Assembly (NCBI GenBank): GCA_964617275.1
Contig: CAZTXK010000001.1
Span: 1 to 39,011, forward strand
Length of the DNA: 39,011 bases
Source: an uncultured Dactylococcopsis sp.
GTDB taxonomy: Bacteria > Cyanobacteriota > Cyanobacteriia > Cyanobacteriales > Rubidibacteraceae
Reading direction: 5' to 3'
Shown piece by piece: positions 19,095 to 30,760 of this stretch (positions are counted from its first letter, which is position 1; each line of letters starts with the position of its first letter). The position numbers were made by a program, and so were the translations under genes. The notes under the pieces are model-generated. The model made no database searches and had not been told where the DNA came from. It saw nothing but the letters and a program-made list of their open reading frames with translations.

Positions 19095-19331
19095 CTATTT
19101 TTCCTCACCTTCTTCTGTACTCTCATCAAACATCCCATACTTGCGTAAGAAGCGATCCACACGCCCTTCCGTGTCAATAATTTTCTGGTTCCCCGTGTAA
19201 AAGGGATGATTTCCCGACCACACATCCACGTGCAATTCTGGTTGAGTTGCACCAACCGTCATCACAACTTCACCGTTACAAATGACTTTCGCCTCAGGAT
19301 ACCATTCGGGATGAATACCTTCTTTTGCCAT
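19095..19331 (-). CDS. rpmE: 50S ribosomal protein L31
   Basis: GIHPEWY, DVWSGNHPFYTG, GRVDRF. Confidence 0.97.
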   Translation of the reverse strand: MAKEGIHPEWYPEAKVICNGEVVMTVGATQPELHVDVWSGNHPFYTGNQKIIDTEGRVDRFLRKYGMFDESTEEGEEK

Positions 19332-19357
19332 AATTGTCCTCCTATATAATTAATCAC

Positions 19358-19387
19358 CAAAAGAGAGAGCAAAAAAATTATGCTCTC
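19358..19387 (-). terminator. Terminator-like hairpin between rpsI and rpmE
   Basis: GAGAGCA(19365-19371)/TGCTCTC(19381-19387) stem followed on the minus strand by TCTTTT. Confidence 0.4.
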
Positions 19388-19399
19388 GTTGCTTCCATT

Positions 19400-19810
19400 C
19401 TAACGTTTTGAGTATTGGGGAGCTTTTCTTGCTTTGCGTAACCCATATTTCCGTCGTTCTTTCGCCCGAGGATCACGGCTGAGATAGCCTTCAATTTTTA
19501 AGGGAGAACGATTTTCTGGGTCAAGTTTACATAACGCTCTTGCTACTCCTAGTCGGACAGCTTCAGCTTGCCCAGTTAAACCGCCACCATGGGCATTGAC
19601 TAAGATATCATAGTCATTTTCTAAGCCCAAAGTTTCTAAGGGGGCTTTTACCGCTGCCAAATAGTTGGGATTATAGTTGAAATAATGATCCCCACTGCGA
19701 GTGTTAACTTGAATATTGCCATTGCCGGGAACTAAGCGGACTCTTGCGACTGCATTTTTACGACGACCGGTTCCCCAATAGACCACGCGATTATTATCTG
19801 TAGCTTGCAT
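19400..19810 (-). CDS. rpsI: 30S ribosomal protein S9
   Basis: [12 protein letters not shown]; C-terminal [11 protein letters not shown]. Confidence 0.98.
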   Translation of the reverse strand: MQATDNNRVVYWGTGRRKNAVARVRLVPGNGNIQVNTRSGDHYFNYNPNYLAAVKAPLETLGLENDYDILVNAHGGGLTGQAEAVRLGVARALCKLDPENRSPLKIEGYLSRDPRAKERRKYGLRKARKAPQYSKR

Positions 19811-19830
19811 AATTAATAATTCTCCTTAAT

Positions 19831-20277
19831 TTAAGCACGATTTGGGCTAATTTCTACAGGATTTTGCGACTGATGCGGATGTTCAGGGCCGGCATAAACT
19901 TTTAATTTCTTTGCCAATTGTCGCCCTAAACGATTCTTGGGCAACATTCCTTTGACGGCTTGTTCAATAATCCGCTCTGGAATGCGCCGTTGTAGTTGAT
20001 TAAAAGTTTCTACCTTCATGCCCCCCGGTCGTCCCGAGTGACGGTAGTAATGTTTATCATTTCCTTTATTGCCGCTAATGGTAACTTTGTCCGCATTAAT
20101 GACAATCACAAAGTCCCCATTGTCCATGTGGGGGGTATAGTTAGGTTTATTTTTCCCCCGAATGATTTGGGCAATTTCACTGGCAAGGCGACCAATGCGA
20201 TAACCAGACGCATCAATCACATACCATTGTCGTTCCATCGTTTCTGAGTTGGGTAAAGGAGTTTTATTCAGAGTCAT
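19831..20277 (-). CDS. rplM: 50S ribosomal protein L13
   Basis: [29 protein letters not shown]; ATG at 20277 overlaps the end of truA. Confidence 0.97.
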   Translation of the reverse strand: MTLNKTPLPNSETMERQWYVIDASGYRIGRLASEIAQIIRGKNKPNYTPHMDNGDFVIVINADKVTISGNKGNDKHYYRHSGRPGGMKVETFNQLQRRIPERIIEQAVKGMLPKNRLGRQLAKKLKVYAGPEHPHQSQNPVEISPNRA

Positions 20278-21109
20278 AGTTATTTTCTTGATCAAAGTAA
20301 AAATGAGGTTGACTATCAAACCAAACCGATTGGGGAAAGGGGAACTGTTCATATCCCACTCGGAGTAAACACAGTCCCTTAGCGGGAGCCGAATACTTAA
20401 CGCGATCGCGCTGTTTTTGCTTCCAAATCTGCAAAAAATCATCTGGTGTTAGTTCCCCTGCTCCCACTTTCACCAGCATTCCCACGATTAGGCGTACCAT
20501 CCCATACAAAAAGCCATCGGCTTGGATTTCCACTTCCACCAGCGGCCCCCGACGAAGACAGCGAACCTCCTGCACCTCCACCCAAGTATGGGAGCGTTCT
20601 GATCCCGCCCGACAAAACGCTGCGAGATCGTTATACCCGACCAAAGATTGCAATGCCGCCTCCATCTTTTCCACATGGAGTGGATGATAGTAATAATGCC
20701 AACTCCACCGAGCAACAAATAAATTGGGAGTAGCTGCGGTATAAAAGGTATAACGATAACGGCGACAAATTGCCGAAAACCGAGAATGCCAATTACTGGG
20801 AACTTCTTGGGAAGCCCGAATCAAAACATCATCGGGGAGTCGCTTGTTCAGCACAGGAGCAAACTTTTCGGCAGGAATGGGACTGATAACATCAAAATGG
20901 GCAATTTGGGCAGCCGCATGAACGCCACTATCAGTACGCCCTGCCCCATGGAGAGGAATGTTTTGGTCAGGGGCAATGCCTTGAATGGCGCGTTCAATTT
21001 CCTCTTGAACAGTTCGGTAGTGGGGTTGACGTTGCCAGCCATAAAACGCCGTTCCCTGATACTGAATAACCAGAGCAACTCGTTTTTTTTTCACTGACCT
21101 TGTCGCCAA
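20264..21109 (-). CDS. truA: tRNA pseudouridine(38-40) synthase
   Basis: [23 protein letters not shown] and GFLYGMVR; TTG start after a GGGGGA RBS. Confidence 0.96.
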   Translation of the reverse strand: MATRSVKKKRVALVIQYQGTAFYGWQRQPHYRTVQEEIERAIQGIAPDQNIPLHGAGRTDSGVHAAAQIAHFDVISPIPAEKFAPVLNKRLPDDVLIRASQEVPSNWHSRFSAICRRYRYTFYTAATPNLFVARWSWHYYYHPLHVEKMEAALQSLVGYNDLAAFCRAGSERSHTWVEVQEVRCLRRGPLVEVEIQADGFLYGMVRLIVGMLVKVGAGELTPDDFLQIWKQKQRDRVKYSAPAKGLCLLRVGYEQFPFPQSVWFDSQPHFYFDQENNYDSE

Positions 21110-21122
21110 TCGCTTCCCCCAA

Positions 21123-21473
21123 TTAAACTAATTCCACCACTGCCATTTCTGCATTATCACCGCGTCTGCGAATGGTTCTTGACACCCGAGTGTAACCGCC
21201 ATTACGATTGCCGTAACGCTCTTGTACATTCTCAAACAAGGCATGAACCAAGTTTTTGTCATACAAGTAGCCAAGGGCTTGCCGACGCGCCGCCAAAGAG
21301 CCATCCTTAGCCAGCGTAATAATTTTATCCACTTCCGAGCGAACTGCCTTCGCCCGTGCTTTGGTTGTTGTAATTTGCCCGTGTCTAATTAGTTCTGTTG
21401 TTAAAGAACGCAACAAAGCCCGACGCTGATCAGCCGGACGACCTAACTTTTTCACACGACGACGATGGCGCAT
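21123..21473 (-). CDS. rplQ: 50S ribosomal protein L17
   Basis: [28 protein letters not shown]. Confidence 0.98.
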   Translation of the reverse strand: MRHRRRVKKLGRPADQRRALLRSLTTELIRHGQITTTKARAKAVRSEVDKIITLAKDGSLAARRQALGYLYDKNLVHALFENVQERYGNRNGGYTRVSRTIRRRGDNAEMAVVELV

Positions 21474-21488
21474 AATAAACCTCCTAAT

Positions 21489-22445
21489 TTAACTCGCTGT
21501 TGATTTTTCTTGTGGCAGAGTAATTTCAAACCGAGCCTGCAACGCCTCAACGACTTCTTCAGCAGATTTTTGCCCGAAGTTCTTAATTTCTAAGAGGTCT
21601 TCGTAGCTATATTCCAATAAATCTGCCACTGAATTAATTTGAGCGCGTTTAAGACAGTTATAGGCTCTCACGGAAAGTTGTAACTCTTCAATGGGGGTTT
21701 GTCGATTGGGATCTTCTTCTTCCTCTTTTTCCTCAGCTACGGGTTCAATATTTAAGTCTCCAAGGGGATGGAATAACTCCACTAGAACCGTCGCTGCTTG
21801 AGAGAGGGCTTCATCGGGCTGAATACTGCCATTGGTAGTAATTTCTAAAATCAGGCGATCTTTATTTTCTCCCTCATCAGCACGCATTTCTTCTACCGAA
21901 TATTTCACCTTAGAAACCGGCATAAATACGGCATCAATTTGGAGAAAATCTAAAGAACTCGCATCTTCTTTTTCGAGATCGACAACGCGATAACCTCGCC
22001 CTTTTTCGATCCGAATTTCCATCTCTAATTTTGCCCCTTCCGCGATGGTAGCAACATACTTGCTACTATCAATTACCTCCACTTCTGAGGGCAAATTAAA
22101 ATCTCCGGCCGTTACCGTCTTCGGTCCTGTTGCTGTTAAACGAGCAATTTGGGGTCCGGGGGAGTAGCTTTTAAATACCAGCTCCTTGAGGTTGAGCAAA
22201 ATTTCCAGCGCATCTTCTCTGACCCCAGGGATGGTGGCAAATTCGTGGGTAACCCCGGCAATGCGAGCTGCCGTTACTGCCGTCCCTTCCAGATTGGATA
22301 ATAACACCCGTCTGAGAGCATTCCCCACAGTTAAGCCTTGACCCCGTTCTAACGGTTCCAAGACAAATTTGCTGTATTGATGCTGGGTTTTATTGTCAGT
22401 TTTCGTTTCGACACAATCGACATTAAAGTCTTTTAGCTGCGCCAC
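21489..22445 (-). CDS. rpoA: RNA polymerase alpha subunit
   Basis: EPLERGQGLTVGNALRRVLLS; alpha-CTD LSVRAYNCLKRA. Confidence 0.98.
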   Translation of the reverse strand: MAQLKDFNVDCVETKTDNKTQHQYSKFVLEPLERGQGLTVGNALRRVLLSNLEGTAVTAARIAGVTHEFATIPGVREDALEILLNLKELVFKSYSPGPQIARLTATGPKTVTAGDFNLPSEVEVIDSSKYVATIAEGAKLEMEIRIEKGRGYRVVDLEKEDASSLDFLQIDAVFMPVSKVKYSVEEMRADEGENKDRLILEITTNGSIQPDEALSQAATVLVELFHPLGDLNIEPVAEEKEEEEDPNRQTPIEELQLSVRAYNCLKRAQINSVADLLEYSYEDLLEIKNFGQKSAEEVVEALQARFEITLPQEKSTAS

Positions 22446-22545
22446 AGAGCAACCTCCCTTCCTTGATTTCGTAGATAGATTATTCGTTATCCGTTATTTG
22501 CTTCCTGACATACAAATAACCAACAACCAATAACTTTGTCTTGCC

Positions 22546-22941
22546 TTAAACCCGACGACGTTTTGGCGGACGACACCCATTGTGGGGAATCGGTGTCACA
22601 TCACGAATGAGGGTAATTTCTAACCCCGCGCCCTGCAAAGCCCGAATCGCTGTTTCACGACCGGCTCCGGGGCCGCTTACCATTACTTCTACTTGACGCA
22701 TTCCTTGTTCTGAGGCTCGTCTTGCTGCTTGGTCGGCAGCAGTTTGCGCGGCGAAAGGAGTGCCTTTCTTAGCCCCTTTGAAGCCACTAGACCCTGCCGA
22801 AGCCCAAGAAATGACATCACCTTTGGTATCAGAAATGGTAACTAGCGTATTATTAAACGTAGATTGAATGTGAGCAACGCCATTCGGGACGTTACGTTTG
22901 GTTCTTCTAGAGGAACTTTTCTTAGTTGTTTGTCGCGCCAT
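22546..22941 (-). CDS. rpsK: 30S ribosomal protein S11
   Basis: [33 protein letters not shown]. Confidence 0.98.
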   Translation of the reverse strand: MARQTTKKSSSRRTKRNVPNGVAHIQSTFNNTLVTISDTKGDVISWASAGSSGFKGAKKGTPFAAQTAADQAARRASEQGMRQVEVMVSGPGAGRETAIRALQGAGLEITLIRDVTPIPHNGCRPPKRRRV

Positions 22942-23000
22942 ACTTGATACTGTGCTTAATGACTTTATTGAATAATGGAGTTGGGTTTAAGGAAGTCCTT

Positions 23001-23384
23001 TTATTTTTTGGCGGGAGCTTTCTTTTTACCCGCAATTGCTACACGTTTACCCCGACGGGTTTTCGCATTAGTCTGAGTGCGTTGACCCCTCACCGGTAAA
23101 CCTGAGCGATGACGACGACCACGATACGTCCCAATATCCACCAAACGCTTAATACTCATATTTTCTAAGCGTCGTAAATCCCCTTCCACTTGGTAGTTAT
23201 TTTCGATATGAGAGCGAAGGGTTGCTTCTTCAGTGGTATCTAGGTCTTTAACCCGTTTATCAGGGTTAACGCCAGTCGCTGCTAAAATTTCTCGGGAACG
23301 GGATACGCCAATCCCATAAATATAGGTGAGCCCTATTTCCACCCGCTTATCACGGGGTAAATCTACTCCTGAAATTCGTGCCAC
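23001..23384 (-). CDS. rpsM: 30S ribosomal protein S13
   Basis: [14 protein letters not shown]; [13 protein letters not shown]. Confidence 0.98.
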   Translation of the reverse strand: MARISGVDLPRDKRVEIGLTYIYGIGVSRSREILAATGVNPDKRVKDLDTTEEATLRSHIENNYQVEGDLRRLENMSIKRLVDIGTYRGRRHRSGLPVRGQRTQTNAKTRRGKRVAIAGKKKAPAKK

Positions 23385-23429
23385 GTTTTTCTCCCTCTAT
23401 TTTTCTGCTAAGATTTGGATAACTGGATT

Positions 23430-23543
23430 TTACCCTTGACGTTGCTTATGCTTGGCATTAGAGCATATTACCATCACTCGCCCACGGCGACGAATGACTC
23501 GGCAACGCTCGCACATTTTCCGAACTGAAGGTCTAACTTTCAT
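23430..23543 (-). CDS. rpmJ: 50S ribosomal protein L36 (not in the supplied ORF track)
   Basis: Manual translation: [37 protein letters not shown]. Confidence 0.97.
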   Translation of the reverse strand: MKVRPSVRKMCERCRVIRRRGRVMVICSNAKHKQRQG

Positions 23544-23603
23544 GGTTTTTTTATCACACTACAAGCCCTTTATTTTATCATGTTTAGAGCATTCTGTCAA
23601 TAC

Positions 23604-23828
23604 TTACTTTTTACGCAAGCGATAGGTAATTCGTCCTTTACTTAAGTCATAAGGGGTTAATTCTACTTTGACTTTATCCCCAGGTAAAATTTTGATATAG
23701 TTACGGCGAATTTTACCGGAAATATGAGCGAGGACATTATAACCATTTTCGAGATCCACTCGAAACATCGCATTAGGTAAGGACTCGGTAACCGTTCCTT
23801 CCATTTCAATCAGGTCTTGTTTAGACAT
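23604..23828 (-). CDS. infA: Translation initiation factor IF-1
   Basis: [27 protein letters not shown]. Confidence 0.98.
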   Translation of the reverse strand: MSKQDLIEMEGTVTESLPNAMFRVDLENGYNVLAHISGKIRRNYIKILPGDKVKVELTPYDLSKGRITYRLRKK

Positions 23829-23963
23829 ATTGGTTGTGATGACTCTCCTTTTTAAATAGAACGTTGATTAAAACTGACTTCCCTCTAACTTAAGAATGAG
23901 AGAAGAAGCCAAATTTCAATAATATCCCATAGCAATGTTAGCAAAAATTAAGAAACAGACATT

Positions 23964-24533
23964 TTAAGAGCCTACAGTCATTGCTGTTTTAATTCGTTCT
24001 GTTACGTGAGGGAGAGGCTGGTTTCCATCCACTTGTAGAACGCAGTTGCGTTGTTTATAGAAACTCAGCAGTTGCGCGGTTTCATTGTGAAAAATATCTA
24101 ACCGATGACGGATGGTTTCTTCGGTATCATCTTTACGTCCTCGTCCCAATAAGCGTTCTATTAACACCTCATCGGGAACATCCAAGTAAATGACTAAATC
24201 ATAATTGGCATTAAGTTCTTGCAGCAATTCCTCTAAGAATTCTGCTTGTTTCATGGTACGAGGAAAACCATCAAGAATCCAACCTGATTGAGCATCAGGC
24301 TGTTGCAGCCGATCGCGCACTAATTCTCCTAACACCTCATCCGGAACTAAATCCCCGTTATCCACATAGGATTGAGCTTTTTTCCCAACAGGAGTTTGTT
24401 CTTTAATGGCATTGCGAAGAATATCCCCCGTCGCAATATGGGGAATCTGACAGGCTTGGGAAACTTCTTTGGCTTGGGTTCCTTTCCCAGCCCCTGGGGG
24501 GCCAAAAAAAATCAATCGCGAATATTGAGTCAT
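23964..24533 (-). CDS. adk: Adenylate kinase (short-lid type)
   Basis: GPPGAGKGTQA, ILDGFPRT, GRKDD. Confidence 0.97.
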   Translation of the reverse strand: MTQYSRLIFFGPPGAGKGTQAKEVSQACQIPHIATGDILRNAIKEQTPVGKKAQSYVDNGDLVPDEVLGELVRDRLQQPDAQSGWILDGFPRTMKQAEFLEELLQELNANYDLVIYLDVPDEVLIERLLGRGRKDDTEETIRHRLDIFHNETAQLLSFYKQRNCVLQVDGNQPLPHVTERIKTAMTVGS

Positions 24534-24624
24534 TATCTGTTATTGGTTATTCGTTATTGGTTATTTGTTAAAGAGGGGATGCAAGGAAATATTTAAGCCG
24601 AACCAAGCATCCCAGATGGAGAAT

Positions 24625-25986
24625 TTACTCTTTGACCATCCCTTCATAGCGTTGAGAAACGACGCGGCTTTGAATTTGTTTTGCCGTATCAATGGCAACC
24701 CCAACTAAAATCAAGAGTGACGTTGCACCCAATCCTTGAAAAGTGGTTACGCCAGTGGCATTTTCCACGGCAGTGGGAACTGTGGCAACAATCCCCAAGA
24801 AAATTGCCCCTAAAAGCGTCAAGCGATTAATCACTTTTTGTAAATAATCACTGGTCGCTTTCCCGGGCCGAATCCCAGGAATACTCGCTCCCATTTTTTT
24901 CAAATTTTGGGACATATCCACTGGATTCACGACTAAAGCGGCATAAAAATAGCTAAAGAAGAGAATCAATAGTAAGTAAACCAACACATAAAGCCAAGGG
25001 GTGGGGCCACTGGGATTTAGGTAGGTAGAAATTTGAACCAGAATTTCATTAAGGGCTGCTGTAATGCCCCCGGTTTGTTCTTCTGGGTTAGCCGTTGCGC
25101 CACCTTGGGTAAACTGGGCAAGAGAAGAGGGTAAAATCAGCAAAGTAGAGGCAAAGATAATCGGCAGAACACCGCCTTGATTGACTCGTAGGGGTAAATA
25201 GCTGGTACGCTCTCGGTACAGCCGTTTTCCCACTTGCCGCCGTGCTGACACAATGGGGATTTTCCGCATTCCCTCCTGCACAAAGACAATGCCCACAATC
25301 ATCACCAAAAACACTAAGGCTAAAACCACTACTTGCGCGATCGCTTCTCGACCGCCAGCTTGAGCAAATTCGATGGTATTCCCCAACGTTCTCGGGAGTA
25401 CGGCAACAATATTGACAAAAATCAGTAAGGAGGGGCCATTGCCAATCCCCCGTTCGGTAATTAACTCCGCCAGCCAAATCACAAACATGGATCCAGCACT
25501 CAGAGCAATAACGGTTTTTAATAAGAAAATTGGCCCCGGCTCATAAGCATAGGGCTGCACAAACGTCGCTAAGCCAAAAGCATTAAAAACTGCCGATGCT
25601 AAAGCGACATAACGAGTAATTTGGGAAATTTTCCGTCGTCCGGCTTCCCCTTCATTTTTCTGTAAATTTTCTAAATAGGGCAAGCCAGCAGTGAGTAACT
25701 GCATAATAATGGAGGCATTAATAAATGGCAGAATGCCTAAAGCAAAAATACCCACTGCAGATAAACCACCCCCCGAGAGGAAGTTTAAAAAACCAGAAAT
25801 GGGACTATCTTGAACGGCTTGAGCAAAGGCAGCGCGGTCAACTCCCGGCACCGGAATCCGCACCCCTAAGCGAACTAATAAAATTAAGCCGATGGTAATC
25901 AACAAGCGACCCCGTAAACCGGCCGCTTGCGCCATCTGCATAAATGTTTCTTGGGCGTTTGGGGTTCTTTCTCGACTAACAACCAT
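24625..25986 (-). CDS. secY: Preprotein translocase subunit SecY
   Basis: IFALGILPFINASIIMQLL, GIGNG, IPGIRPG, TSLLILVGVA. Confidence 0.98.
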   Translation of the reverse strand: MVVSRERTPNAQETFMQMAQAAGLRGRLLITIGLILLVRLGVRIPVPGVDRAAFAQAVQDSPISGFLNFLSGGGLSAVGIFALGILPFINASIIMQLLTAGLPYLENLQKNEGEAGRRKISQITRYVALASAVFNAFGLATFVQPYAYEPGPIFLLKTVIALSAGSMFVIWLAELITERGIGNGPSLLIFVNIVAVLPRTLGNTIEFAQAGGREAIAQVVVLALVFLVMIVGIVFVQEGMRKIPIVSARRQVGKRLYRERTSYLPLRVNQGGVLPIIFASTLLILPSSLAQFTQGGATANPEEQTGGITAALNEILVQISTYLNPSGPTPWLYVLVYLLLILFFSYFYAALVVNPVDMSQNLKKMGASIPGIRPGKATSDYLQKVINRLTLLGAIFLGIVATVPTAVENATGVTTFQGLGATSLLILVGVAIDTAKQIQSRVVSQRYEGMVKE

Positions 25987-26030
25987 GAAGGATTATTTCT
26001 CCCCGATAAATTGAGTAGATGTTAAATAGC

Positions 26031-26480
26031 TTAGTCATTAACAATTTCACAGCTACCCCCTGCTGCTTCAATTTTCTGACGCGCCCCTTTGGTAAAAGCG
26101 GCAGCTTTTACTTGTAAGGGAACATTAATTTCGCCATCCCCTAACACTTTTAGCGGGGCATCAGCCTGATTAAGCAGACCCACTTCCAAGAGTTGGGCAA
26201 GGGTAACTTCTGTGTTTGCCTCTAAACTGGCTAATTTACCAACATTAATCGTAGTGTAGCGATGCGGGTTGACAATCGTAAAGTGTTTTAATTTGGGAAT
26301 ACGGCGATAAAGAGGCATTTGTCCCCCTTCAAAGCCACGAAACGGATTAGGGCCCGATCGCGCTTTTTGACCGCGCATTCCTTTGCCGCAGCTTGCCCCT
26401 TGTCCTGCGGAAATCCCGCGTCCTAAGCGACGGCTACGCTTGCGAGAGCCTTGTTTGGGCTTTAATTCATGTAGTCTCAT
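26031..26480 (-). CDS. rplO: 50S ribosomal protein L15
   Basis: [23 protein letters not shown]. Confidence 0.98.
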   Translation of the reverse strand: MRLHELKPKQGSRKRSRRLGRGISAGQGASCGKGMRGQKARSGPNPFRGFEGGQMPLYRRIPKLKHFTIVNPHRYTTINVGKLASLEANTEVTLAQLLEVGLLNQADAPLKVLGDGEINVPLQVKAAAFTKGARQKIEAAGGSCEIVND

Positions 26481-26526
26481 GGGTTTGCTTGGTGATTTCG
26501 ATTTACAAATTTATAGAATTAAGGAT

Positions 26527-27039
26527 TTAGGAGAAAATTTGTTCTAAGGGTACGCCTCGCTCATTGGCAACTTCTTTAAAGGTGCGTAGAGAGGCTAAGG
26601 CATCGATCGCAGCTCTAGCGTTATTGAGGGGATTTTGTGAGCCTAATTGTTTTGCCAGAACATTTTTCACCCCAGATAATTCTAAGACGGTTCGCACCGC
26701 CCCGCCAGCAATAACCCCCGTACCAGGGGCAGCCGGTCGCATCATCACTTTTGCCCCACCGGCAAAACCATTGGCGCGATGAGGAATGGAACTGCTTTTG
26801 GTAATCGGAATATCCACTAAATCCTTCTTAGCATCAGCAACGCCCTTGCGAACTGCCCCAATGACATCACTGGCTTTACCGACACCCGCGCCAACTTGAC
26901 CGCGATCATTGCCAACAACCACGACTGCGCGGAAACTTAATTTTTTACCACCTTTGACCACTTTACTAACGCGCCGAATTTGAATCACGCGCTCTTGAAA
27001 CTGACTTTCTTCTTTTTTACTTTGGTTACGCTTTGCCAT
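26527..27039 (-). CDS. rpsE: 30S ribosomal protein S5
   Basis: [26 protein letters not shown]. Confidence 0.98.
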   Translation of the reverse strand: MAKRNQSKKEESQFQERVIQIRRVSKVVKGGKKLSFRAVVVVGNDRGQVGAGVGKASDVIGAVRKGVADAKKDLVDIPITKSSSIPHRANGFAGGAKVMMRPAAPGTGVIAGGAVRTVLELSGVKNVLAKQLGSQNPLNNARAAIDALASLRTFKEVANERGVPLEQIFS

Positions 27040-27051
27040 AATTTCCCCTTC

Positions 27052-27414
27052 TTAAAATTCTAATCCTGCTTCCCGAGCCGCCTCAGCGAGACTGCGCACT
27101 CGTCCATGATAAATGTTCCCACCGCGATCAAAGACCACTTGTTTAATTCCTTTTTCTTTGGCGCGTTGGGCGATTAAATTGCCAACGGCTGCCGAGGCTT
27201 CGCAAGTTCTGCTGGAGTCTAAGGTTTGCCTTAAGTTGGTATCGACGGTAGAAGCAGCAACAAGGGTATGCTGTTGGTTGTCGTCGATCACTTGAGCATA
27301 AATATGTTGATGGGAACGGAACACTGCTAAACGGGGGCGTTCGGCAGTGCCATGCAGTTTGCGCCGAATCCGACGATGGCGCTTTTTGATCAGTTCTTTG
27401 CGATTGTTTTTCAT
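27052..27414 (-). CDS. rplR: 50S ribosomal protein L18
   Basis: [21 protein letters not shown]. Confidence 0.98.
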   Translation of the reverse strand: MKNNRKELIKKRHRRIRRKLHGTAERPRLAVFRSHQHIYAQVIDDNQQHTLVAASTVDTNLRQTLDSSRTCEASAAVGNLIAQRAKEKGIKQVVFDRGGNIYHGRVRSLAEAAREAGLEF

Positions 27415-27416
27415 GG

Positions 27417-27956
27417 TTATTTCTTCCCTGCTTTACCCGCTTTTTGTCGAACTTGTTCTCCCAAATAGCGGACTCCTTTGCCTTTGTAGGGTTCTGGGGG
27501 ACGAATTGCCCGAATTTTTGCGGTTAAGTTACCCACTAATTCTTTATTAATCCCACTAATAATAATTTCTGTATTTTTTTCCACAGCAACTTGGATGCCC
27601 TCGGGTGGAGTAATTTCCACAGGATGACTGTAACCCACATTTAAAATCAGGTTGCGTCCTTGCACTTGGGCGCGATAGCCCACGCCTTGAATTTGTAGGC
27701 GTTGTTCAAACCCTTGGGAGACCCCATGCACCATATTGGCAATGAGGGTTCTTGCCAAGCCATGACGTTCTCGGGCTTTACGAGAATCATTCACCCGATT
27801 CACTAAAATTTGACTATCTTCTTGAGTAATGGTGACAAAATCGGGGATCCTTTGCTCTAGTTCCCCTTTTGGTCCTGTCACCTTAATCATGGTGTCATCA
27901 ATGGTGATTTCCACTTTCTCAGGAACAGGAATCGGTAATTTACCAATCCGTGACAT
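27417..27956 (-). CDS. rplF: 50S ribosomal protein L6
   Basis: [19 protein letters not shown]. Confidence 0.98.
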   Translation of the reverse strand: MSRIGKLPIPVPEKVEITIDDTMIKVTGPKGELEQRIPDFVTITQEDSQILVNRVNDSRKARERHGLARTLIANMVHGVSQGFEQRLQIQGVGYRAQVQGRNLILNVGYSHPVEITPPEGIQVAVEKNTEIIISGINKELVGNLTAKIRAIRPPEPYKGKGVRYLGEQVRQKAGKAGKK

Positions 27957-27980
27957 AGTTAAGATTCCTCCTTGCTTAAT

Positions 27981-28388
27981 TTACCAGACGTAACAGAGAA
28001 TTTCGCCGCCGATTCCTCGTTTACGCGCCTCGCGATCAGTCATAATACCGCTAGAGGTGGAGATAATGGCAACCCCAATCCCACCAAGAACCCGCGGTAA
28101 TTCTTTATGATTGGAATACACTCTTAAACCGGGACGGCTAACACGAGTGAGTTTTTTAATAATCGGTTTGCGATTGCGACCTTGATAACGGTAGCGTAAC
28201 GAAATCAAGACTTGTTTTTTTAATCCTTCACCCACCTCTTCGTAGTTTTCGATGAATCCTTCTTCTTTCAGAACATGGGCAATGTTGCGATTCATTTTGT
28301 TATAAGGCACAACGGTAGTTTCATGTTGCACCATGCAAGCATTGCGGATTCGGGTGAGCATATCGGAAATTGTGTCTGTCGAGGCCAT
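27981..28388 (-). CDS. rpsH: 30S ribosomal protein S8
   Basis: [26 protein letters not shown]. Confidence 0.98.
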   Translation of the reverse strand: MASTDTISDMLTRIRNACMVQHETTVVPYNKMNRNIAHVLKEEGFIENYEEVGEGLKKQVLISLRYRYQGRNRKPIIKKLTRVSRPGLRVYSNHKELPRVLGGIGVAIISTSSGIMTDREARKRGIGGEILCYVW

Positions 28389-28427
28389 TAGTTGCTGTTT
28401 TCCCTCCTGCTGTTAAATTGACACTGG

Positions 28428-28973
28428 TTAGTTTTCTCGGAAGGGCATTCCCATTGCTCTCAGCAGGGCGCGACCTTCTTCATCGGTTTTAGCCGTCGTA
28501 ATGATGGCAACATCCATTCCCCGCACTTGATCAATGCTGTCATAGTTAATTTCAGGGAAAAGGATTTGCTCTCGTAAGCCTAAGTTATAGTTGCCACGTC
28601 CATCGAAGCTACGAGGGCTAATGCCACGAAAGTCACGAATCCGAGGCAAGGCAACATTAATCAGGCGATCTAAAAAGGCATACATCCGTTGACCGCGTAA
28701 TGTCACCATAATCCCCACTGGCATTCCTTCGCGAACCTTAAACCCGGCGATCGCTTTTTTCGCCCGAGTGACTACTGGCTTTTGACCGGTAATGGTGGCA
28801 ATTTCACTCATCGAGGATTCTAGGGCTTTCGCATTTTGCGAGGCTTCTCCTAGCCCTCGATTCACAGTTACTTTTTCCACTTTTGGGATTTGATGCGGAT
28901 TGCTATAGCCAAACTCTTGTTTGAGTTGGGGAGCAATGGTTTCAAAATAGGTGGTTTTTAGTCGTTGTGTCAT
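28428..28973 (-). CDS. rplE: 50S ribosomal protein L5
   Basis: [22 protein letters not shown]. Confidence 0.98.
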   Translation of the reverse strand: MTQRLKTTYFETIAPQLKQEFGYSNPHQIPKVEKVTVNRGLGEASQNAKALESSMSEIATITGQKPVVTRAKKAIAGFKVREGMPVGIMVTLRGQRMYAFLDRLINVALPRIRDFRGISPRSFDGRGNYNLGLREQILFPEINYDSIDQVRGMDVAIITTAKTDEEGRALLRAMGMPFREN

Positions 28974-29027
28974 AGTATTTTAGTCTCAAATTAGCTTCCT
29001 ATAATTAGGAATTGAGAGGGTTAATTA

Positions 29028-29384
29028 TTAGTCAATAATCTCGCCAGTTTTTTTCAGCATTCTCACCTTGCGTCCGTCTTCGGTATAGGTATAACTAATA
29101 CGGGAGGCGCAAGATTCTTTATTGGAGTAGAGCATTACGTTAGAGCTATGAATAGGGGCTTCAAATGTAATAATTTGCCCTTTTTCTCCTTCTTGCTGGG
29201 GTTTAACATGCTTGGTGCGAACATTAACCCCTTCCACCACCACTCGGGATTCTTGGGGGATCACTCGTTGAATTTCTCCAACTTTCCCTTTATCTTTTCC
29301 CGATATCACTTGCACGGTATCGCCTTTTTTCACGTGCATTTTGAATCGTTTGGGGAGAGTTTGCGTGCGATTTTTCTTCGGCAT
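29028..29384 (-). CDS. rplX: 50S ribosomal protein L24
   Basis: [19 protein letters not shown] motif, EAPIHSSNV. Confidence 0.98.
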   Translation of the reverse strand: MPKKNRTQTLPKRFKMHVKKGDTVQVISGKDKGKVGEIQRVIPQESRVVVEGVNVRTKHVKPQQEGEKGQIITFEAPIHSSNVMLYSNKESCASRISYTYTEDGRKVRMLKKTGEIID

Positions 29385-29386
29385 CC

Positions 29387-29755
29387 TTATAATACCTCCG
29401 GTGCTAGAGAGACAATTTTGGTAAAGTTTTTATCTCGGAGTTCTCGCGCTACCGGACCAAATACCCGCGTTCCTCTGGGATTATTTTCTACGTTGATCAG
29501 GACAGCAGCATTATCGTCAAAGCGAATGGTCATGCCACTATCTCGGGTTTCCGGATAACGAGTGCGGACGATGACAGCGCGAATAATATCGGACTTTTTG
29601 ATTTGCATATTAGGGAGTGCGTCTTTCACCACGCCGATGATGACATCCCCAATCCGAGCGTAAGGAGCATTACCTGCTCGCATAACCCGCAGGCATTGAA
29701 TTTTACGAGCGCCACTATTGTCGGCGACTTTCAGAACGGTTTCTTGTTGAATCAT
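29387..29755 (-). CDS. rplN: 50S ribosomal protein L14
   Basis: [27 protein letters not shown]. Confidence 0.98.
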   Translation of the reverse strand: MIQQETVLKVADNSGARKIQCLRVMRAGNAPYARIGDVIIGVVKDALPNMQIKKSDIIRAVIVRTRYPETRDSGMTIRFDDNAAVLINVENNPRGTRVFGPVARELRDKNFTKIVSLAPEVL

Positions 29756-30042
29756 TGTTGTTCAGTGTCTGATGAAATAGGTTTTGGGGCTTTTTGACCG
29801 CTGGCTGATTCGATAATGGAATCAACATTCCAGCGTTTCTGTTTGGAAAGGGGTCGAGTTTCACGAATCCGAACGCGATCGCCTTCATGGCAGTCGTTGT
29901 TTTCATCGTGGACTTTGTAACGTTTGGTGGTCACAACTGTTTTCCCATATTTCTGACTGGGAGCGCGGTTTTCGACAGCGACGATCACCGTTTTTTGCAT
30001 TTTGTTGCTGACCACAACGCCAATACGTTCTTTGGTTGTCAT
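29752..30042 (-). CDS. rpsQ: 30S ribosomal protein S17
   Basis: [22 protein letters not shown]. Confidence 0.97.
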   Translation of the reverse strand: MTTKERIGVVVSNKMQKTVIVAVENRAPSQKYGKTVVTTKRYKVHDENNDCHEGDRVRIRETRPLSKQKRWNVDSIIESASGQKAPKPISSDTEQQ

Positions 30043-30049
30043 TGTTGGC

Positions 30050-30283
30050 TTATTCCTCGTTGGTAACTTCTTTAGCTTTGGCGAGTTCTCTTTCCCGCTC
30101 CACGGTTAATAATTGAGAAATCCGATGCTTGAGATGCTTAAATTCATGAGGTTTGGCTTCTCCCTCTTGTCGGGTTCCCTGTTTGAACCGTAGGTTAAAA
30201 AGTTCCCGTTTGGCGTTGACAATTTCTTGGGCGAGTTCTTCGTCACTTAAAGCCCGAGCATCAGAAATTTTCGGTAAGGGCAT
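30050..30283 (-). CDS. rpmC: 50S ribosomal protein L29
   Basis: KRELFNLRF; position between rplP and rpsQ. Confidence 0.95.
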   Translation of the reverse strand: MPLPKISDARALSDEELAQEIVNAKRELFNLRFKQGTRQEGEAKPHEFKHLKHRISQLLTVERERELAKAKEVTNEE

Positions 30284-30292
30284 AGTTCCTCC

Positions 30293-30706
30293 TTATTGTT
30301 CCTCACGAACCAAGAATTTGGTTTTAATGGGAAGTTTTTGGGCAGCTAGGCGCATGGCTTCTTGGGCAACGTCTTGGTTAACGCCGCCAATTTCAAACAT
30401 GATTCGCCCGGGTTTAACTACTGCTACCCAGTATTCGGGGTTCCCTTTCCCTGATCCCATACGGGTTTCTGCGGCTCGCATGGTAATGGGTTTATCAGGA
30501 AAAATCCGAATCCAGATTTTACCGCCCCGACGGAGATAACGGTTCATAGCCCGACGGGCTGCTTCAATTTGCCGCGAGTTAATCCAAGAGGGTTCAATGG
30601 CTTGTAGGGCATAATCACCAAAGTTAATGGTGTTGCCACGGTGAGATAGCCCTTTCAGTCTTCCTCTTTGCTGTTTGCGGAATTTTGTACGCTTAGGACT
30701 GAGCAT
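30293..30706 (-). CDS. rplP: 50S ribosomal protein L16
   Basis: [22 protein letters not shown]. Confidence 0.98.
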   Translation of the reverse strand: MLSPKRTKFRKQQRGRLKGLSHRGNTINFGDYALQAIEPSWINSRQIEAARRAMNRYLRRGGKIWIRIFPDKPITMRAAETRMGSGKGNPEYWVAVVKPGRIMFEIGGVNQDVAQEAMRLAAQKLPIKTKFLVREEQ

Positions 30707-30760
30707 AGGTTTGTAATTGGTTATTCGTTATTTGTTATTTGTCATTGGTTAAGCTAATGA

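Noticed and set aside
20278-20442. 55-aa N-terminal extension of L13 in the ORF track
   Set aside because: Lies within truA in another frame; the canonical L13 start is ATG 20277. Similar over-extended starts were trimmed for carB, gpmI, psaE and the VWA gene.
19095-23543. L31 lacking the zinc-ribbon cysteines while L36 keeps them
   Set aside because: Common pattern in cyanobacteria; no sign of a zinc-regulated paralogue swap.
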